A DNA stretch of 62,123 bases, filler included, from Nemertoderma westbladi (Eukaryota; Animalia; Xenacoelomorpha), in assembly GCA_032718475.1 (NCBI GenBank). It is 3 parts of 3 records of this genome, joined end to end, with 100 filler letters (N's around TTAATTAATTAA, not from the genome) between each part and the next. Parts side by side here need not be neighbours in the genome. Positions count along the whole stretch, not along the records: positions 1 to 29,040 come from JAUCBJ010006220.1; 2 more parts are not named here. One strand, given 5' to 3'. Shown here in pieces: positions 1 through 13,701 of the stretch. Made by a program: the position numbers and the translations under genes. Position 1 is the stretch's first letter. Each line of letters begins with the position of its first letter. The notes beneath the pieces were generated by a model that saw nothing but the letters and a program-made list of their open reading frames with translations, did not search any database and was not told the DNA's origin.

Positions 1-94
1 CAGTAAGCAACCGAGGGTGGACTCTCTATAGCCGAGGGGCACTTGTATAATAACTAATAATCACGAACCCCCTCCTCTTATAATATATAACTCT

Positions 95-160
95 GTAGTA
101 GTGAGTAGTAGTAGTAGTAATAGTAGTAGTAGTAGTAGTATATAAGTAGTAAGTAATAGT
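95..160. repeat. (TAG)n microsatellite
   Basis: Imperfect gtagtagta run; it produces the spurious poly-Thr ORF 26..217. Confidence 0.85.
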
Positions 161-849
161 AAAGGAGATCGGTTTAAACCAAAGTGATAAAGTAACATTA
201 TTATATAACATAATCATATAGACAAAGTAGAATGAGATACAGATTCATAATTATTTTATCAAACTCATGTACTACTTACTTCAATGTGCCAATTGTAATA
301 ATAATTAAACATATTATTCCGATTAATCTGCGTTTGGCCCTATAAGATATTATGCTGAAGTGTTTTATATCAATATATCCATGCGAGTAAACAAGAAGTG
401 AAGTAAATGTTTATTATTATAGTTTTAGAAATTGAATGATATACCCAAGATAGTGAAATAAATAATTTACCACAAATTGCCATTTGATCAGATATATCAA
501 AGCGGTGTCTTTAGTATAATACCGTAATAGTATTAATTAACTCTGTTATACAATGTAAATATACTAAATCTATTTATAAATATATTATGAGCCCTACATT
601 GTATATTTCTCCTACAGGTAGACAATGTAGATATTAAAACTTGATATAATTTGGTATAATGTATAACATATTACAAATAAGACTGAGGCAGCTAAACTAT
701 ATTGCAAAGAAATCAAATATCCTAAAGTAATATACTAGACCCTCCCTCCACCCTATAAATAGTGTTCACCACCTACCCCACCCACCGCCCTTATTACTTC
801 ATAATAATGAAAGATAGTACTGGCGCTCCGGTCACTCCGTTCCCTCCGC

Positions 850-2799
850 TGGGGGGGGTTAAGTTGTAGGTTTTGACACTATGCAAAATCCGAGCACAGA
901 GTTAGAAGCGCATTGGATAGGTGAACATTTCTTGCAGTGAAAGTATTTCCATACCTATTATAGTTTTCGAGATAGTCAGACATGAGTAGCTAAAATTTGA
1001 CTTTTTTCGGTAAAGTCTGATTTCACCGGTACCTGTCATCCGAAATATGGATTATGATATATCGTTAAATGCGGGTCCACTAACTGTACATTCACATATT
1101 TTCAAGGAAAAAATTCGATCAAGCGTTTTCGAAATATTTTCGAATTACCGGAAGCAGACTTTGGACGACTATATCTCCGGTACCGGTAGGCCTATTGAGT
1201 CGAAATTTTTTTTAATCTACTTAGAACACTCCATTGAATGTTTTTTAGTTTGAAAGTTTTGCCCCAAAATGCTCAGAAGTAATTTCGAAAAAAATGATCA
1301 TTTCGCGATCATGATCTTTTGACCCCCTAGAATTGAACTTTTTTATGGTCAAATTTTGGCTACCCCCCCTAATTCGAGGGTGAGGAATCTTTTTGTAATG
1401 TTAAGTTTTTTCATACGGTGAACTCACAGGACTTGGTCTTCGAAATAAAACCGAAAACATGATCTTTCCTGATCATGGCCTGATCAAATCGCTTTTTGAA
1501 AATTTCGAAATGCTTAAAGGTTGCCCCTTCTTAATAGAAGTCGATTAGTCAAAAAAAAATCGGGGGTCTCAAACAAAGTTTTCGAGAAAATCGGGAAAAA
1601 CAGAAAAACACGATCTTTTATGATCAGGAAGCTGATCTTGAGAACCGGTTGACCGATCGAGCCAATTCTTTTTTTAATCAACTCAGAATAGACCATTGAA
1701 CATTTCTTACAATGAATGTTTATTAGAAAAATGCTTAGATTCGATTTTAAATATACTGATCTTTTCGCGATCATGATCTTGAGTTTTGACCCACTAGACT
1801 TGAACTTTTTTATGCCCAAATTTTGGCTACCCCCCATAATTCGAGGGTGAGGAATCTTTTTGTGATGTTAAGTTTTTCCATACGGTGAACTCCCAGAACT
1901 TGGTCGTCGAAATAAAACCGAAAACACGATCTTTTCTGATCGCGGCCTGATCAAATCGCTTTTTGAAAATTTCGAAATACACAAAAGGTGCCCCTTCACC
2001 ATAGAAGTCGATTCGTAAAAAAAAAATCGGGGGTCTCAAACAAAGTTTTCGAGAAAATCCGAAAAAACTAAAAAATCTGATCTTTTATGATCAGGTATCA
2101 GATCTCGAGAACCGATTGTCCGATCGAGCCAATTTTTTTTTTAATCGACTCAGGGCGGTGTTCTGAACGTTTCTTACAGTAATTGTTTATATCCAAAATG
2201 CTTAGTTACGATTTTACGAAGTCCGATCTTTGCGCGATCATGATCTTGCGTTTTGACCGGGAAGAATTCACTTTTTTTTAAATCTTTTAACGGGAATCAT
2301 GACTAATGTGGGGTCGCTGAATCTTTTTGTAATGTTAAGTTTTCCGATTGGAGCAAGCCTTGAGTGTCCGATTGCTGATCAAAACTGATCTTTGCTGATC
2401 ATGGTCAAGATCATGATCTGATCGGTACAAAAAAAGATATTTGAATGTAAACCCATATGCTGCCTATCGATTGGCGCCGGTCCCAAGTCCGTAGCATTAG
2501 CGGTTCTGGACTTATACGCATAGCAACGCGGTTGCTAGGGAGGCTGACTTTTTGACTCAAATTGGCCCTAGCCGGAGAACCGTAGACTTTTTAAACGTAA
2601 TGTATATGGGAAAAAGTCTTCTGGATAAATTTTGGGGGGGGGTCTAGGAACATCCTATTGTTCGTTTTCGCTTAGTTGCTGAGATCCTCTCGTCCCAACA
2701 ATTCCAGGATTCTATAAAGGCATTCTGCTGGACTAGTTCCGTGGCCGGAATAGTGTTCGGTGTTCTGCGAACAGAGAACCTAATCGGTTTAGGGCCCTG
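850..2799. mobile_element. Non-autonomous DNA-transposon-like element with ~465-bp internal tandem repeats
   Basis: The block cgcgatcatgatct...gaatctttttgt(a/g)atgttaagttt recurs at ~1301, ~1764 and ~2230. The right end reads CAGGGCCC on the minus strand at 2799, exactly where RTE similarity stops. The left boundary is uncertain. Confidence 0.55.
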
Positions 2800-4363
2800 A
2801 CCGTCCAGAGATTTGGTGTCCTCAGCAGTTAGAGCCCAGCATGGACTCCCGTAGAGGAGTACTGGAACTACTGCTGCTCTAAATAATCGGACCTTAAGTT
2901 TCCAATTAATTCTCGGTGACTTCCAAATCCTGGAAAGCCTATTCAAGGCTGCCCATGCCTTTCCCTTACGTATTCGAAGGTCCTCACCTGACTTCCGGAT
3001 CCATGATCCCAGGTAACAGAAGTCGTCCACATGCTCAAGCATACCATCCTTTGAGCTTATGCTCATCCGATCAGAGACTTGCTGAGGACTTTCAAAGTTA
3101 ACTGTCAGAATTTTGGTCTTTCTGGAGTTAATAAAAAGACCAACACTAGAAGCAGCATGTTCTAATGAGCTGAGGAGCCGTTGGGCTCCCTCTAATGATT
3201 CTGATAGTACTCCTAAGTCATCAGCAAAGTCTAGATCAGTTAGGTACTTGGCAGGATTTCCTCGACTTCTGGAGCCAGTAGGTGGAGTTATCATCACCCC
3301 ATCATCATTATAATGATCTAAGGACATGCGTAGAACATAGTCAACCACAATAATGAACAAGAATGGTGCAAGTGTGTCTCCTTGGAGGACGCCCCATAAC
3401 ACTTCAAATGGTTCTGTGTCACCGTCAACAGTAGACACAAATGTTGTCGAACCATCGTATACTGATCTGATTGCTGCAATAATTTCATCAGGAATCCCAT
3501 ATAATGAAAGTATGCTGAACATACGTGAGCGAGAGACTGAATCAAAGGCCTTGAAGAAAGAAGTCAACAAAGATAACAGCCAGATGCCTGTCTTTCTTTT
3601 TTGATAGCTCTTCAATTATCCTTCTAAGTGCCAAAATGGGCTCCTTGGTCCCACGACCTTTACGGAACCCATTCTGATTTCCACGGAGCATTCTCTCAAT
3701 GGGATCCCTGATGCGATTTAATAGAATCCTATTGTATAGCTTTGCAGCAATCGAGATCAATGAGATTCCCCGAAAAGAACCATAGAGTGTTAGGTTGCCC
3801 TTCTTGGGAACTGGCACCAACTTATTTGTTTTCATTTCTTGTGGGACTCTTGTTGTTCGGTACATGTCTACTATGATGGGATAGATGAGCTTTAAACACT
3901 CAGGTATTTTAAAGACCTCAGGGGGAACACCATCTACTCCACTGGCACGATTGGTCTTAATGCTCTTTGCAGCAGCCTTCACTTCTGCAAAGGAGATATC
4001 GCCAATGGGAATATCTGGGAGTACAGACTCAGACACTTTTACTTCAATAAAGTTATCAGGCAATACCCTGTCATTATTGAGGAGCTTTTCAAAGTGGGCT
4101 TTCCAACCATTGAGGCGATCGGCTGGTGATTCAGCCTTAACCATGGTGGTTGGTTGGCTTTTCCGCCCAGTAAGCAGATTGATCGATTTCCATGCCTGGG
4201 ATGATTGCCTGCTGTCGTCAGCATCATTGATGGCATCAACCTGTTGGTTTATTAGCTCCTGTAGATTAGCAGAGTACTGCCTGTTCAGGGACCTAGATGC
4301 AGCCTTAACTGCATTCTTGGCCGCTGTAGTCTGTTTGAGTCGGGAGTCCCTACAAGAAGTCTG
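2800..4363 (-). mobile_element. RTE-clade LINE fragment (family A), reverse transcriptase region, frameshifted and truncated at both ends
   Basis: ORFs 3542..4144 and 2644..3615 carry RT motifs RGISL, NQNGFR, FxKAFDS, GVLQGDTLAPFLF, LDFADD, FCYLGS and LLYGS. There is a frameshift near 3560. Confidence 0.93.
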
Positions 4364-4379
4364 ATGATAGTTATAAGGA

Positions 4380-4885
4380 ATTCATGGAGCGACATCACCA
4401 AGAAAGTAAATACCGCTGAAATATTTACCAATTCTAAAAACTATGATTTGAAATACACTGAAATGGTGTGTGATGGAGGCTTATTGCGCTGTTGAATTTA
4501 TATATGGAGGGTGTGATGAATGTAAGAAATATAGCAAAATGTCAAACATTGAAAAAGCAATGTTCAATGAATCTGAAGGAGGAAAGACACACTGGAAGTC
4601 TCATGACAACAAAGTATTAGATTGTGGGCGAGTTCAGAAACTTGACAGTGTTAACCATGTCAAGAAACATCTGGGAAAGGCCCTAGAGAAACTACGAATC
4701 AACCAAGGATAAACTATCTGATGATAAACACTTCGGTGGTGGGAAGCATAGGTTGACCGTAAAAATGTTTGAGAGGCTAAGTCACGACTAATGTAGAGCA
4801 ATAAAAGACTCATTAATACATCAGCAAGATCTGAAGACGAAGTTATGAATTGTGCTCAGAAAATGAAAATAAATTGTTTAGCTTC
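4380..4885 (+). mobile_element. Kolobok-like transposase relic
   Basis: The translation VQKLDSVNHVKKHLGKALEKL...LSDDKHFGGGKHRLT...RAIKD resembles the Kolobok pattern KxECxxHxxKRxxxxL...GGxGRLT...AI. It contains stops. Confidence 0.6.
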
Positions 4886-4887
4886 AC

Positions 4888-6700
4888 TGATAGATAGATA
4901 GATTTATTTATACATTATGTAAAAACAATAACAACAAATACACCAAACAATGTACCGGTATAAAGGTATTGTCCAACATAACATATAGGATTACCCCTAA
5001 AGCTTTGCAGCTTATTTCCAAGGGGGTCCTTTATGTTACTTGGTTACAAATACAATATTACACTACGCTAACCTAAAACCAATATAAACGTAATTACACT
5101 ATGTACATGTACAACTTTACCAAGAGCGTGACAATGTCCGACGCAACGATAAAGATGTAATGTACAGAACAATTTAATATAAAACGTAATTACAGTATAA
5201 ATAGTAAATAATTAATAAACTAATAACTTACTGTAGGACTATTGTACCTATTTTTACATTGCACACGGAGGTGAGATTTCACTGCAGATTTAAAAGAATG
5301 TTGATTATCTAGGTTTTTAATTTCATTAGGCAGAGCGTTCCAATTTTTAATACCGTTAAAAAAGAAAGTATCAGATTCAAAGGATTTACAATTCGGGAGG
5401 TAGAAGTTTGAAGCACTAGCTCTGGTACTGTAATAGTGTGTATCGCGTACTCTGTTGAATTTTTGTTTTAGGTAATTATGACATTTACCATTATACACTT
5501 TATGCACATGGTTAAGGCGTAGCTGCTTAACTCTACTATCTAAGTTAAGTAGTCCAGATTCAGAAAAGTCATCTGGAGTTAGGTGGTGCCTAGGTTTGTA
5601 GTCTTTAATAAATCGTACTACTTTATTCTGAGCTACTTGTAATTTACATTTAAGCTGTTTGGTTAAGCCTTCATACCAAGAAGAGCATGCAAGTCCATGT
5701 GACACTGGATTAAAGAAGAGCAAAGTAACTTGCGGGAGTCGGTGTTTAAACTGTTTTTATTTCTGTATAGAAACCTAAGCCTACTGTTAACTTTCGAGAA
5801 AATGTTTTTCACTGTGCTTTCTCCTGATAAGCAATTATCCAATGTAGCGCCTAAATATTTAACTTCCTTTTAATTTTCAATCTTAATGTCCATTACTAGT
5901 GACTTCAAACTTAGTTACCTTCTTTAACTTTCTTTTGGAACCAAACAAAATACTTTCAGTCTTACCGTAGTGAATGGATAGCTTATTATCAACCAACCAC
6001 TCATTACAGGATTCTAGAACTGCACTTAACTTTTGGGAAATATGGATAGGATCTTTATGAGAGAAAATAAGAGCACTGTCGTCGGCATATAAAATGATTT
6101 TAAAATCGGGATCTATACTACTTATCATATCATTTACATAGCATACAAAAAGCAGAGGACCTAATATACTACCTTGCGGTACACCACAGGTAATCTCTTG
6201 TACAGTAGACTGCGATTTGCTAATGACTACAGTTTGACCTGTCTGACAGGTAGGACTTGAACCAGTCTATAGAACCTACACCCATCAGGCCTAACTTACC
6301 AAGCAGAATTTCGTGATCTACTGTATCGAAAGCCTTTTGTAGGTCCAACATTACCATACCAGTATATAAACCCTTTGCGTTATTACATCTAATTGTATCA
6401 GTTAAGTTAATAAGACAGGTGTCTGTAGAATATGATTTACGAAAACCGGACTGAAGTTCATAGATCAGATTTAGCCTACTAAGATGTGCCTCCAGCTGTA
6501 GAAAAACAGAACGTTCTAGAATTTTAGATACAATACTTAAGATACCAACAGGTCTGTAATTACAGGGTTCTACTTTACTATTGTTTTTATACAGAGGAAC
6601 AACCTTAGCTAATTTCAGTTCGTCTGGTACTACATTATCTACAATAGAGTAATTAATAATAAAAGTAATAGGCACTTTAAGTACTTCAGCACCATCCTTA
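4888..6700 (-). mobile_element. CR1/L2-group LINE, 5'-truncated, with 3' UTR and (TCTA)n tail
   Basis: ORFs 6220..6675 ([21 protein letters not shown]), 5883..6128 (LYADD) and 5220..5723 (C-terminal region). GVPQGSILGP is encoded near 6160-6190. The tail appears as gatagatagatagatttatt at 4888-4910 on the + strand. Confidence 0.9.
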
Positions 6701-6804
6701 GTGTTCTAATTAGTTAGAAATAATTAAAAATTATTGTTACTAGATTGCTTGTCATTCGAAATATGATTAATATTAATATTAAAATTTCTTTAATTCTTTC
6801 ACAG

Positions 6805-7256
6805 CTGTGGATCCCCGTGACGCCGCTATTGCTGCCCTCGTAGCAGCTGAGGCTGCAGCTGCCGCTTCTGGTCGAGATGGTGCTGCCCCTGGCGCAGCCG
6901 CAGTTGGTCCTGGGCCAGCCGCCGTTGCTCCACCTCCCGCCGTAGTGCCACCTGCTCAACAACCCGCCGTAGTTCAACCTGTTGAAGAACCCGTCGTAAT
7001 TGCACCTATTCAAGAATGCGTTGTAGCTGAACCTGTTCAAGAACCCGCCGTAGTTCAACCTGCTCAACAACCCGCTGTAATTCAACCTGATCAACAACCC
7101 GTCGTAGTTCCACCTCCCGGCGTAATACCACCTGATGATCAACAGGCTGGCGTAGTTCCACCTGTCGCTGTCCGAGTAGGCGGTGCCCGAGTAGGGGTCG
7201 CAGCTGGAGCTGCAGTATCCACCGCTGCGCGGCAAGTAGGTCGGCGCAGGGAATAA
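6805..7256 (+). CDS. Putative terminal exon encoding an Ala/Pro/Val/Gln-rich low-complexity region with 12-aa repeats
   Basis: GC-rich open frame preceded by a pyrimidine tract and acceptor (tttcacag|ct), with 36-nt repeats (QQPAVVQPVEEP-like) and TAA at 7254-7256. No family recognised. Confidence 0.4.
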
Positions 7257-7271
7257 ATATATTTATTTGAT

Positions 7272-7590
7272 AGTTTGTTTTGTAAACTGTGCCCAGATGA
7301 AAGTTTGTTTTGTAAACTGTGCCCAGATGAAAGTTTGTTTTGTGAACTGTGCCCAGATGAAAGTTTGTTTTGTAAACTGTGCCCAGATGAAAGTTTGTTT
7401 TGTAAACTGTGCCCAGATGAAAGTTTGTTTTGTAAACTGTGCCCAGATGAAAGTTTGTTTTGTAAACTGTGCCCAGATGAAAGTTTGTTTTGTAAACTGT
7501 GCCCAGATTAAAGTTTGTTTTGTAAACTGTGCCCAGATGAAAGTTTGTTTTTTAAACTGTGCCCAGATGAACTGTGAACTGTTGTAAACT
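7272..7590. repeat. 30-bp minisatellite (AAGTTTGTTTTGTAAACTGTGCCCAGATGA), ~10 copies
   Basis: Directly visible near-perfect tandem array, followed by a CAC/CAT-rich tract to ~7690. Confidence 0.95.
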
Positions 7591-8229
7591 GTGATCACCA
7601 TCACCGCCTCCACCACCACATCGGCCATCACTATGGCCACCATCACCACAACCACCACGACGACCATGATGACGATCACCACCACCATTACAGAACCAGT
7701 CTAGACACCGCACCCCTGTACCGGAAGAGGTTCCGCTACCATTAGAAGATTATTGTTGTTGATATATGATTCCATGGCAACCATTCCAACAGCCAATAAA
7801 AACCGTTAAACAGAAAATTAAAAAAAATTAAAAAAGATTATTGGATAATATTCCTGTATTATCCTTAGCAATCACACCATCCACCAATGGCAACACCGCA
7901 ACACAAAAAGCTTCAAACTAGAATGCTGGGGATATACACTATCTGCATGCAGTTCATGCTAGATGGATACCGGTATAGTGGTGGTTCCACATTCAACCCT
8001 AACGTTTAATTTTACAATTAAAATATATTATGATATTGTTGAAGATAAACCTAGAACAACACCTATTTGTTTTACTGTACAGATAGAGTACTTATTACCA
8101 TAGATAGGGGCTGTTCAGAAATTACTTAACAGGGGAACTGGGGGGGGGGGGGGGGGGGGGGTGAAAGGGTCTTGTAGCATTAGGAGGGGAACGAAGATGG
8201 GGGTGTAAAATATTTTTATTTATGACAAT

Positions 8230-10100
8230 GCGTTTGGAAGTGTGGCCACTACTGTAGTATGGTTTGCTAAATCTTCATGAATAATGCAACATGAGTGATG
8301 TTTTTGGGAACGAATTAAGATAATTGGATTCGCATTACTCCTATCCTAACCAGCATGTTTATGTCAAGGAAGAATAAGGTGATGATGGAGTAAATGAGGG
8401 AGATTTGGAATTAATTTTTGATCTTTCAGTTGATGATCCAGATATAACAGACTTGGTTTTACAACCACAAATACTCGAGTTGATATTTCTGAGAATGAGT
8501 TAATTAATTTATTCATTCAAATAACTTGTGGCTGTACTTTGGGAAATGGTAGCCTCCCTTGTAGCTCATATTTCACCCATAGCTCTTTGCAAAATTACAA
8601 TCAAACTACCTGGAATTGCTGAAATGAACTTGACTTATGTTTACTTTCTCATATAGAAGCTGTTCGGCGGGATTCCTGTGTTATCTACAAACATACTACA
8701 TTTCGTTTTGAAGACCGTGTTATTTGTAAGGTAACTTTTAACTTTATTCACACCTGTGCGAAGAAGAAGACAGCTAATTTGAAAACTCATTATGACAACT
8801 TTGGTGTCCAAACTCGAATTCATGGGTAAACTGGAAAGCCAGGAAATAAAAATAAGGGAATAGATTTCATGGCCATTTTATCAAAGGCTATTAATTTCAT
8901 CAAAATTATTGCATCAAATTGTGCAATACCCCTACCTGGTCGACTTCCCGTTGTGAAGAACTTTAGGCTTTCTCAACTGCCCAGTCCATTGACCAAAGCT
9001 GAAGTGCACTGGCGGGCTATCGTCTTCGCAGTTTTGAAGAAGATGGTTCACTCTCCATAAAACTGACAACTTTCCAGCGCATGTGGCAGAAATATCTGCC
9101 ATATATATGTACCATGAAACGTATGGCTGATCTGTGCGAAGTATGTAAGATGAATGGTCTTGCAATTCTTCTTTGTTCCAAATATCCAGAGAGTGAGCAA
9201 AGGTAGAAGTTGGAAGAAGCTACAGCTCACTTAGATAAAGCAGCTGGTCAGTGTAATTTTACAAGGATGAAGTGAATAATCCGCCACTATTAGCAGGATG
9301 CTCAGTACCTGAGCTATTCATAAATCCACAACAAGTTGGGCCAATTTTCTTCTAGGTTCCATGACACTGCGGTCTTTTTGGAATCCAAAATGAAGCCTCT
9401 AATATCCAACTAAACCACCACTTAGATGAGGCTGACTTTTGCGGGAAAGGTGCAGATGCTGTCATTAGCATACCGCACTCCTTCAAGATGTGTCTGTATC
9501 TGTGTTAAACCTCTTGGCTGACCACACAGTTGCACAGAACAAAAACAATGCTGTAATGCAATATCTATCATGGTCTGTAGACATGGGCCAAAGAACCAAA
9601 ATCTCTGTAAATTTTAACTTTGTCAGTCATACAAAATTTAGCCCTGACAGGAACTTCGTTCTCATTAAGAAGAAATACACTGATACCAATGTAGAGACTT
9701 TTCAGGAGGTTGTAAAGGCCTCTAGCCTTGCTGAAAAAATGAGGTGTTCACTGTTCAGTGATTCAGATATTACTTGGTACAATTAGTCTGTTCAAGTGAA
9801 TCTGAAACAATTCTTATGTGCAAGGTTGATGTGATGTCAAAGAAAGGTGAAAGGTTGTTGTGATGTCAAAGAAAGGTAATATGAACTTACTTGTTTTTGG
9901 CTTGTTTTTACTTGTCTTTGCCAGACACTAAGTCTGATCCTAGCCTCACTCCTGAACGCCTCTGGTACCTTTATGACCAAGTCTGTCAAAGATTGCCTTT
10001 CACAACTTTCAAGAGGCATTTTCTGCCCACTCTATAATGTTCCCCATGCTCAACCACTACCTGAACTTGAAAGGCAGGCACCAGAAACAAAAGATCAACC
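8230..10100 (+). mobile_element. Degenerate Sola-like (DDD) transposase pseudogene
   Basis: Collinear motif fragments: CGC..PCS (~8525), AIPLPGRLP..LPS..TK (8920-9000), PQQVGPIFF (~9326), KGADAVIS (~9447) and AD..QNKNN...HTKFSPDRNF (9490..9786). Many stops and frameshifts. Confidence 0.7.
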
Positions 10101-10126
10101 ACCCTCTATGAATTGGGCCTGTTTGG

Positions 10127-10492
10127 CTAAGCCTCTATTATGAAAGAAAATATATGACATTTTGTCGCCGAAAAAAGAAATATGGCTAAGGCAAAAAATA
10201 ATTATTTTTTCAAAAATATGTTCAAAATTCTAAGGTCAGGGATAATAGATCTGTGGGGATAATAGATAACTGCGTTGATTGGTGTGATTATACTAGATCA
10301 TGGGTGCAGTATAGACAGGTATTGGCTAATTCTTTTACCCATCTGATGAGGTGTTGGAGATTAGCAGCATGTGGTCTTCAGACACAGAAACGTAACCATA
10401 TTTTTGATAAATTAATTATTTTTTTGCCTTAGCTCTTTTTCTTTTTTGCGGCAACAAAATGCCATATATTTTCTTACATAATATATGCTTAG
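10127..10492. mobile_element. MITE with ~78-bp imperfect terminal inverted repeats
   Basis: ctaagcctctattatgaaagaaaatatatgacattttg...gctaaggcaaaaaataatt has its reverse complement at ~10415-10492. Confidence 0.8.
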
Positions 10493-10699
10493 TTTTGTGC
10501 AGTATACTACCGGTATCATTTAGTGTAAGACGGGTAGGTATAGGGTAGGGTTGTGATACACACCTGTGTGTTGAGCAGTTTATTACGTTTGGTTATTTTG
10601 TTTATTTTATGTTTATTTGATTTTGATGGCCCTAGTGGCTTTGTACTAATTTTGGGCTTATTAATGTCCTGATTCTATATTTTTTTGTAGTTTGTGGGT

Positions 10700-11610
10700 T
10701 AAGGGGGGGGGGAGGGGATATACCCCCCCCCCCCTCAGGTAAAATTTTCAAATTGTTGTTTCTTTATTTCATCTAGAGCAGAATTTAATGAGGAATACAA
10801 ATCTGAAAACCGCTTAGTGAGACCTCTTTCAGTTCTCGAGTTATCACTGTTTTTCCGTATGACGGTCTGTCCGTCAAATTGTAAGAAAGACAGAAGACTG
10901 ACAGACAGACAGATAGACTAGATTCTACCAAAAATTAAAACTGACATCGGAAATGAAATCAGCGACCGCAAAAAACCCCCGTAATGAACATTTTAGCTCG
11001 TTGGTGTGCACCCTTCGTGCCAGAAATAATTAACCAACCAAAACACAGACAGCCAATTTTGGCGGGATGGTTTAAAATTTGAAGGGCATTTTCTCGGAAT
11101 GACATTTTTCATTTTCAAATTACTACTCCTCCGTCATTTTTTAACCAATTTTCTTCGTTTATGGCTCATTCGAACGAGCTTTGGAAGCTCTTTAAAAGTT
11201 ATCTTATGGAATTTTGATAAATATTACCATTTTTTCTAATTAGCCAATTTTAATTAAAAATATGATAATTAATTAATTAAATTAATTAATTAAAATAAAA
11301 GTGGCTAATTAAAAATTCTATAAGATAACTTTTGTAGAGTCGATCACGCTGAGTCCAAAAAAGTTGGTTTCAAGAAATTTGGACCAAAATTGAGGGACTA
11401 GTAGCAATTTTAGTGAAATCTTTAATTCCGCCGCCAGCCGCTAGGGGGAGACTATAAATTTTCCAATTTTACTATAAAGGCTATTTGGCCTTCCATACAG
11501 TGGTTGACCATGACAAAATAGCAATATTATCATTTAACACTAATTGACAGCCATTTTAAAATAAGGTTCATGGGGGGGGTAAACCCCCCCCCCCCCCCCC
11601 CCCCTTAATT
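10700..11610. mobile_element. Non-autonomous Helentron/DINE-like repeat (G/C palindromes at both ends, GACA microsatellite, CTCF-like motif)
   Basis: G-run/C-run hairpins at 10702-10734 and 11572-11604, (GACA)n at ~10896-10918, and gccgctagggggag at ~11437. The classification is inferred from structure only. Confidence 0.4.
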
Positions 11611-11980
11611 ACTTTTAATACATAGAGACAAACAGACTTGCAGACATACATAGAGACATAAAGTCTAGATATCATCAAAAATATATACATGGATCCGAAA
11701 TGGTTTCCTGAAATGGAAAACCTCCATAGCCATATTTTTGTTAAGTTATATGCCTTTCTTCATTCTTTAACAGACATACATACACACAGACGGACTGACT
11801 TTCAGACATACATAGAAACAATTCAATGCTGTTAAAAACAAAACCTGACATGGAAAATGAATTCGCCGACATGGAAAACCCAATGGCCATATTTTGTAAA
11901 GTTAAATGATTGTTTTTATTTTTTGACAGACATGCATACATACAAATTTCTGAAATCTCTGAAGCATATATAATAATCGA

Positions 11981-12200
11981 CTGATGGCCAATATCAGAGG
12001 GGCCCATTCTACCATCTGAAAATTCGCTGCAGCAATTCAGAGAGAAGAAGCATTGGCACTCCTTGAGATCAAAAAAACTTATGGCTGGAATCTCTGCCCT
12101 AAAGAAGAAGGTATACCAGGACAGGGGTGTCATGATCCATAAGGTCTGCAAGTCATTCGATGGCAATAGAATCAAGTTCCTTCGAGAAATTGCATATATT
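11981..12200 (+). mobile_element. Mutator-like (MULE) transposase C-terminal fragment
   Basis: The + strand reads LMANIRGAHSTI*KFAAAIQREE...MAG..KKKVYQD...FLREIAY (one stop, probable frameshifts). This resembles the H-P-x-I-W-K-F...Y...FLRxIA tail of animal MULE transposases. Confidence 0.55.
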
Positions 12201-12435
12201 ATTGAGTCCTAATTATCACGCCAACCCAGTATAGATATTTTGTATTATAAAACTAATGAAAACTTTGTAATCTATTTATTTGCAATTATAATATCTATAA
12301 TAATAATAATAATAACTGTAATATATGTATAAATATGTAATATATTTGCAATTATAATATCTATACATGTATATAATACAGTAATAATAACTTTATTGAT
12401 CTCCAGGAATTGCAATTAATTAATTTTATTTATTT

Positions 12436-12568
12436 GGATCCAGACAATTCGACCCGGACAATTCCGACCTAGGACAATTATGAACCGGAGAATTCCTACC
12501 CATGAAAATTTAATTTGGTCTTTGAATGGGTCGGAATTGTCTGGGTCGGAATTGTCCTAGCTTCGCCA
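12436..12568. mobile_element. Mini foldback/MITE built of 15-16-bp GGACAATTCCGACC subrepeats in inverted orientation
   Basis: ggacaattccgacc and variants on the left; ggtcggaattgtc(c) twice on the right. Confidence 0.7.
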
Positions 12569-13701
12569 TATCACACTACCATATAAAACAATTTCAATTC
12601 TGTACCTATATACCACTTATTTAATGCTGGCAAACTGGGTAGGTATGGCAAAAATAAATATCATGGAAATACTAAATAATTCATTCTTGTAAAATGAATA
12701 TACTTCGTGTAACAAAGAAGAAGCGAATATGATAAAGCCCTATATATATGGCTTCATAATGGAAAGGAATGTTTATGAACCTTAGATGGCTTATTAGGAG
12801 AAAACAAATTGTTATATTACTGTTGGTATGGTTGGTATGGAAAGGTAATTGACGATCATGATGGTGAACCTGTCACCACTGAAGAGTTAATTGAAGGAAG
12901 CTTTATGAACAATATTAATCAGTGACATTTATGAAGATGATTATAGTCCTAAGATGGTCGAAATGACAGGAGGCATTACTTACTTATCATACATTATATA
13001 CTGAAAATAAAATCATGATCCTCATTGTTCAGGGAAAGTCATATGTTGCATGATACGGTCATGCAATATCATAGTGATGTCATGTTAAGTTCACTGATAT
13101 AATTCATTAGTAGTCCTGATATGCATATGCCAGTCTGTATAGCAGTTTATACAAAAAGTTTAACTTTACATTCTGCATTCGTTGGACACCAGTTAGAAAA
13201 GCTAGTCCTCCATGCAGCATAAAGGTGCCACCTGTGTCTCTGTTATAGACCATCTTCTAACAGAAAAAGCTGGTCCTGCAACTAGAACCATCTTCGTTCT
13301 GGAAAGGGACATCCTTGGTCATGGGTTAAGGATATATAAACTCGTATGCAGAGGTATGTGGCCTGACCAGGCAGATGGTAATCTACCAATGGCTGATCAG
13401 GAGTAGAGTGCTCTCATCCAATTTGCCCTTAAACATACTACTGTACAGTAGTAGGGGGCCTACTGTACGACGCTGGGTTCCACAGTTCCCGCCTGCGCCC
13501 GGCAGTCCAGGCTCGGGGGTAGTGTGTGTATTGTGTACCCATACCGCTTGCTTACTGTTTTATAACTTATTGAGAGTAGGCCTAAATCTAATGTTTTAAT
13601 TTGTCTTTACTGAACTTTTATTGCTGTGTTGGTTGTGAACTTTTATTGCTGTATTGTTGTGGACTTTTATACCTTTTTGTAGTGAAGTGAATAGTGGAAC
13701 C

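Noticed and set aside
7263-7688. Repetitive ORFs (FIWAQFTKQT / CxxC-like FCKLCPDES) and a possible CRISPR-like array
   Set aside because: These are head-to-tail 30-bp repeats with no unique spacers. The ORFs are open in several frames simply because the unit lacks stops.
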